A stretch of DNA of 32,000 nt from Alphaproteobacteria bacterium. GTDB taxonomy: Bacteria; Pseudomonadota; Alphaproteobacteria; Micavibrionales; Micavibrionaceae. A program made the position numbers and the translations under genes. Under the pieces are notes generated by a model that was not told where the DNA came from, did not search any database, and saw nothing but the letters and a program-made list of their open reading frames with translations. Positions 30,020 to 32,000 of the stretch are shown here, piece after piece. The stretch covers positions 63,740 through 95,739 of the forward strand of contig JBGAPF010000003.1 in NCBI GenBank assembly GCA_044221445.1, given 5' to 3'. Numbering within the stretch: the stretch's first letter is position 1; every line of letters begins with the position of its first letter.

Positions 30020-31804
30020 TCAAGGCCAATGCTGGGATGTTTCAGCGTTTTTTAGGTTCAGGCGAGCCTTCCCCTGCAGGTTTGTATCGGTTGTGTCGAA
30101 AACCAGGATATTCGAATTCAGCAGCCCGGCCTTGACGCTGAAATCACCGATAGCGCAGCGTATATCCGTCGTTTTATCCTCCCCGAGCAACAGACCCCCG
30201 GCTTCGGCGATATCAAGCCCCGCCGCTTCGATCAGGAGCAGGCTCACCTTGCCGCCCGACATCGTCAAGGTCAGATGCCCGTCGCTGGTGGCAAGCACGT
30301 CGGCAAGAGACTTGCCACGCCCGTTCAGATCGATATGACCGCCAAAACGTCCTGACGATAAATCCTCGAAACGCGAATCCTTGAAAAAATCCTTGAGAGA
30401 TAATTTTTTTATCACGACATCGGTGGAGACATCAGGCATGTCTTTGCGTCCGTCAAGAACCAGTTTTCCGTAGACGGATCCCGATGCCATCCCCAGATTT
30501 AAGGGATCGAGCGACAGAACGCCGTCTTTCAATATGATCGTCACCTTAAGGCTATCCAGCGGATAGCCGGGTGCATGAAGGCTCGTGGCATCAAGAGTCA
30601 CGTTCATGTCGGCGGCCCTCAGGCGATCAAGATTGATTGGCACATCGGGCAGCACGCGGGCGCTTACGGCACGCTTTTCTGCCTCAGCCTTCTGTTCCGC
30701 CGCGACCGTTTCGCCTTTTTTGGTGGAGGGCGGGACGCCGATAAAACCCGACAGGTCGTCCATGTCAAGATAAGTGGACGTGAGCTTTGCCGTGACGTTT
30801 CCACGCTTGTTTACAGTCGCGTATTCCAGCCTGCCGTTCAGGTCGCTGTCCCCGACCTTGCCTTTGAAGTCATTGAACATCCATATATCGCCGTCTTTTT
30901 TGAGAAGTCCTGAAATGGTGTAAGGCGGCGTTGGCGGCAGGGGGATCGACGTCAGATAAAAAAGATCGGCCATATTGTCGCCTTTGAGATCGAGCGTGGC
31001 ATCGACACCCGTCAGCTTGACAGGGTCAAGAAACGTGCCTTTCAGGGCAATGGACGTTTTGCCCATGGTCAAAGTCATATCCAGGGGAAAAGGCTTGGAG
31101 GAATTACGCAAGAGAGCCACGGAGCCGCCAGTCGCATCCAGCGTAAAATCCTGATCCTGCAGTTTTCCCTTGCCGGAGATTTTAATGCTGTCCTGTTTGC
31201 TGCCACTCGAACCGCTGGCGGTATCGAGGTTCAGTTCAAGGTCGAGTTTTTTGACGTCGTCTTTGTAAACCAGCGTACTGTTTTTCAGGACCAGATTTCC
31301 GATCACAGGAAAACCATGGCGGCTTTCCGGGATTGCCGCAGCGCCGATAGCTTTTCCTTTTGAGAGCGCTGGAAAATCCCAGTTTGCCGTTTCCTCATCT
31401 TTTTTCTCAAGAATAAGCCTGGCGTCGGTAATCGTGAGTTCCGGCAGGTTAAGCTTGCCATATAGAAGCTGCCATATCTTGATACTGAAATCGATTTTAC
31501 CGATTTCCAGCATATTGGCCCCTTCCATCCCGGGGGCATTGGAAAGCCGGATCTTTTCGGCATGCAGACGAGGCGTTGTCCAGTCCCAGTCGATATCGAG
31601 CGGCCCCTCGATGGCGAATTCACGGCCGGTTGCTGACGACGCCTTGCCGCCTGCTACCGAACGCAGCCAGCCTTCGGGCAGGAAAATGAAGAACCCCGCT
31701 ATAACGCAGACAAGGATGAGAACCATCAGCCCTGTATACCGGGCAATTGTACGCAGTCTGGTACGCTTAGAAGGCACGGTTTTTTCGGGGATGTCATCGG
31801 TCAT
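30020..31804 (-). CDS. AsmA family outer-membrane biogenesis protein, apparently truncated by a frameshift near its 3' end
   Basis: N-terminal TM anchor (YTGLMVLILVCVIAGFFIF), then the AsmA-type repeat-beta region (IDWDWTTPRLHAEKIRLSN...LPELTITDARLILEKKDEETANWDF). The ORF stops at 30020, but a start-less open frame of about 73 codons continues to 29836 in the +1 frame. Confidence 0.8.
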   Translation of the reverse strand: MTDDIPEKTVPSKRTRLRTIARYTGLMVLILVCVIAGFFIFLPEGWLRSVAGGKASSATGREFAIEGPLDIDWDWTTPRLHAEKIRLSNAPGMEGANMLEIGKIDFSIKIWQLLYGKLNLPELTITDARLILEKKDEETANWDFPALSKGKAIGAAAIPESRHGFPVIGNLVLKNSTLVYKDDVKKLDLELNLDTASGSSGSKQDSIKISGKGKLQDQDFTLDATGGSVALLRNSSKPFPLDMTLTMGKTSIALKGTFLDPVKLTGVDATLDLKGDNMADLFYLTSIPLPPTPPYTISGLLKKDGDIWMFNDFKGKVGDSDLNGRLEYATVNKRGNVTAKLTSTYLDMDDLSGFIGVPPSTKKGETVAAEQKAEAEKRAVSARVLPDVPINLDRLRAADMNVTLDATSLHAPGYPLDSLKVTIILKDGVLSLDPLNLGMASGSVYGKLVLDGRKDMPDVSTDVVIKKLSLKDFFKDSRFEDLSSGRFGGHIDLNGRGKSLADVLATSDGHLTLTMSGGKVSLLLIEAAGLDIAEAGGLLLGEDKTTDIRCAIGDFSVKAGLLNSNILVFDTTDTNLQGKARLNLKNAETSQHWP

Positions 31805-31903
31805 GATCAGGCCAACGCCCGGCTCGCTTCAAAGTTCACCGCTACGCCTGCATTAATAAGAACAAAACTAGAACATTCTATAGAAATGCTTTATATATTT
31901 TCG

Positions 31904-32000
31904 ATGATCGATTCTCAGGACAGAAACAGAAGGCCCATTCCAAAAGGGCGGGGCGCCACGCTCAATCCCACCGGACGGTTCGAAAAGCTCGACGTCATGC
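31904..32000 (+). CDS. Radical SAM protein, PA0069-like family (N-terminal fragment; continues past the window end)
   Basis: Open frame MIDSQDRNRRPIPKGRGATLNPTGRFEKLDV... The KGRGAxxNPxxRFE N-terminal signature is what I recall for this family. ATG 31886 is an alternative start. The assignment rests on only about 30 residues. Confidence 0.45.
   Translation, partial: MIDSQDRNRRPIPKGRGATLNPTGRFEKLDVM

Noticed and set aside
30043-30056. The A_AAA_AAC heptamer in the AsmA-like gene as a programmed -1 ribosomal frameshift site.
   Set aside because: The register fits a slippery heptamer, but the -1 frame hits TGA almost immediately (CGC TGA). The open downstream frame is +1, which this motif does not promote. 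A simple 1-nt insertion in the homopolymer explains it better.
29827-30135. A 102-aa + strand ORF in the pheT/AsmA intergenic region, with an overlapping + strand ORF at 30000-30338.
   Set aside because: Both are antisense to the AsmA-like gene and its displaced C-terminal frame. They are Arg/Gly/Cys-rich and not protein-like.
31871-31885. A possible alphaproteobacterial LexA box (GAAC-N7-GAAC) upstream of the radical SAM gene.
   Set aside because: The sequence is GAAC-ATTCTAT-AGAA. The second half-site does not match GAAC in either the N7 or the N8 register, so it is not a credible SOS box.
1-32000. A search by eye for tRNA or rRNA genes, CRISPR repeats, IS elements or transposases, integrases and long direct repeats.
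   Set aside because: I recognised none. All intergenic regions longer than 100 nt (3516-4093, 12582-12688, 18321-18496, 20407-20685, 22572-22675, 29745-30019, 31805-31903) were read. None shows a cloverleaf-like or repeat-spacer organisation. A tRNAscan, Infernal or CRISPR-finder run would be needed to be certain.

Overview
This window holds an alphaproteobacterial-type ribosomal-protein supercluster, almost all on the + strand. It runs from the 3' end of rpoC through rpsL-rpsG-fusA-tuf, then rpsJ-rplC-rplD-rplW-rplB-rpsS-rplV-rpsC-rplP-rpmC-rpsQ-rplN-rplX-rplE-rpsN-rpsH-rplF-rplR-rpsE-rpmD-rplO. It continues with secY-adk and rpsM-rpsK-rpoA-rplQ. As is usual for alphaproteobacteria, there is no rpsD, infA or rpmJ in the cluster, rpoA starts with TTG, and Adk has a short LID. 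Downstream lie a low-GC acyltransferase-3 membrane protein and a FadD-like acyl-CoA ligase. On the - strand are an AsmA-family gene, pheT without pheS, and an unknown 355-aa gene tightly coupled to pheT. The 5' end of a PA0069-type radical SAM gene sits at the window edge. I found no rRNA, tRNA, CRISPR array, transposase or integrase by eye. The best candidate for something undescribed is a 2.3-kb lower-GC insert between rpoC and the str-operon promoter. It carries two opposite-strand ORFs (about 273 and 281 aa) with no motifs I can recognise, and the upstream one appears frameshifted or 5'-truncated. Other observations are listed here.
- tuf shows a sharp codon-usage mosaic.
- Several ribosomal proteins carry Lys/Ala-rich tails.
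- An intrinsic terminator plus a promoter separates rplO from secY.
- The rpsL leader and the rpoA-rplQ spacer share a roughly 35-nt motif.
- The AsmA-family gene has its conserved-looking C-terminus out of frame at an A6/T6 run.
All functional calls rest on reading the translated ORFs and sequence motifs. No database search was run.
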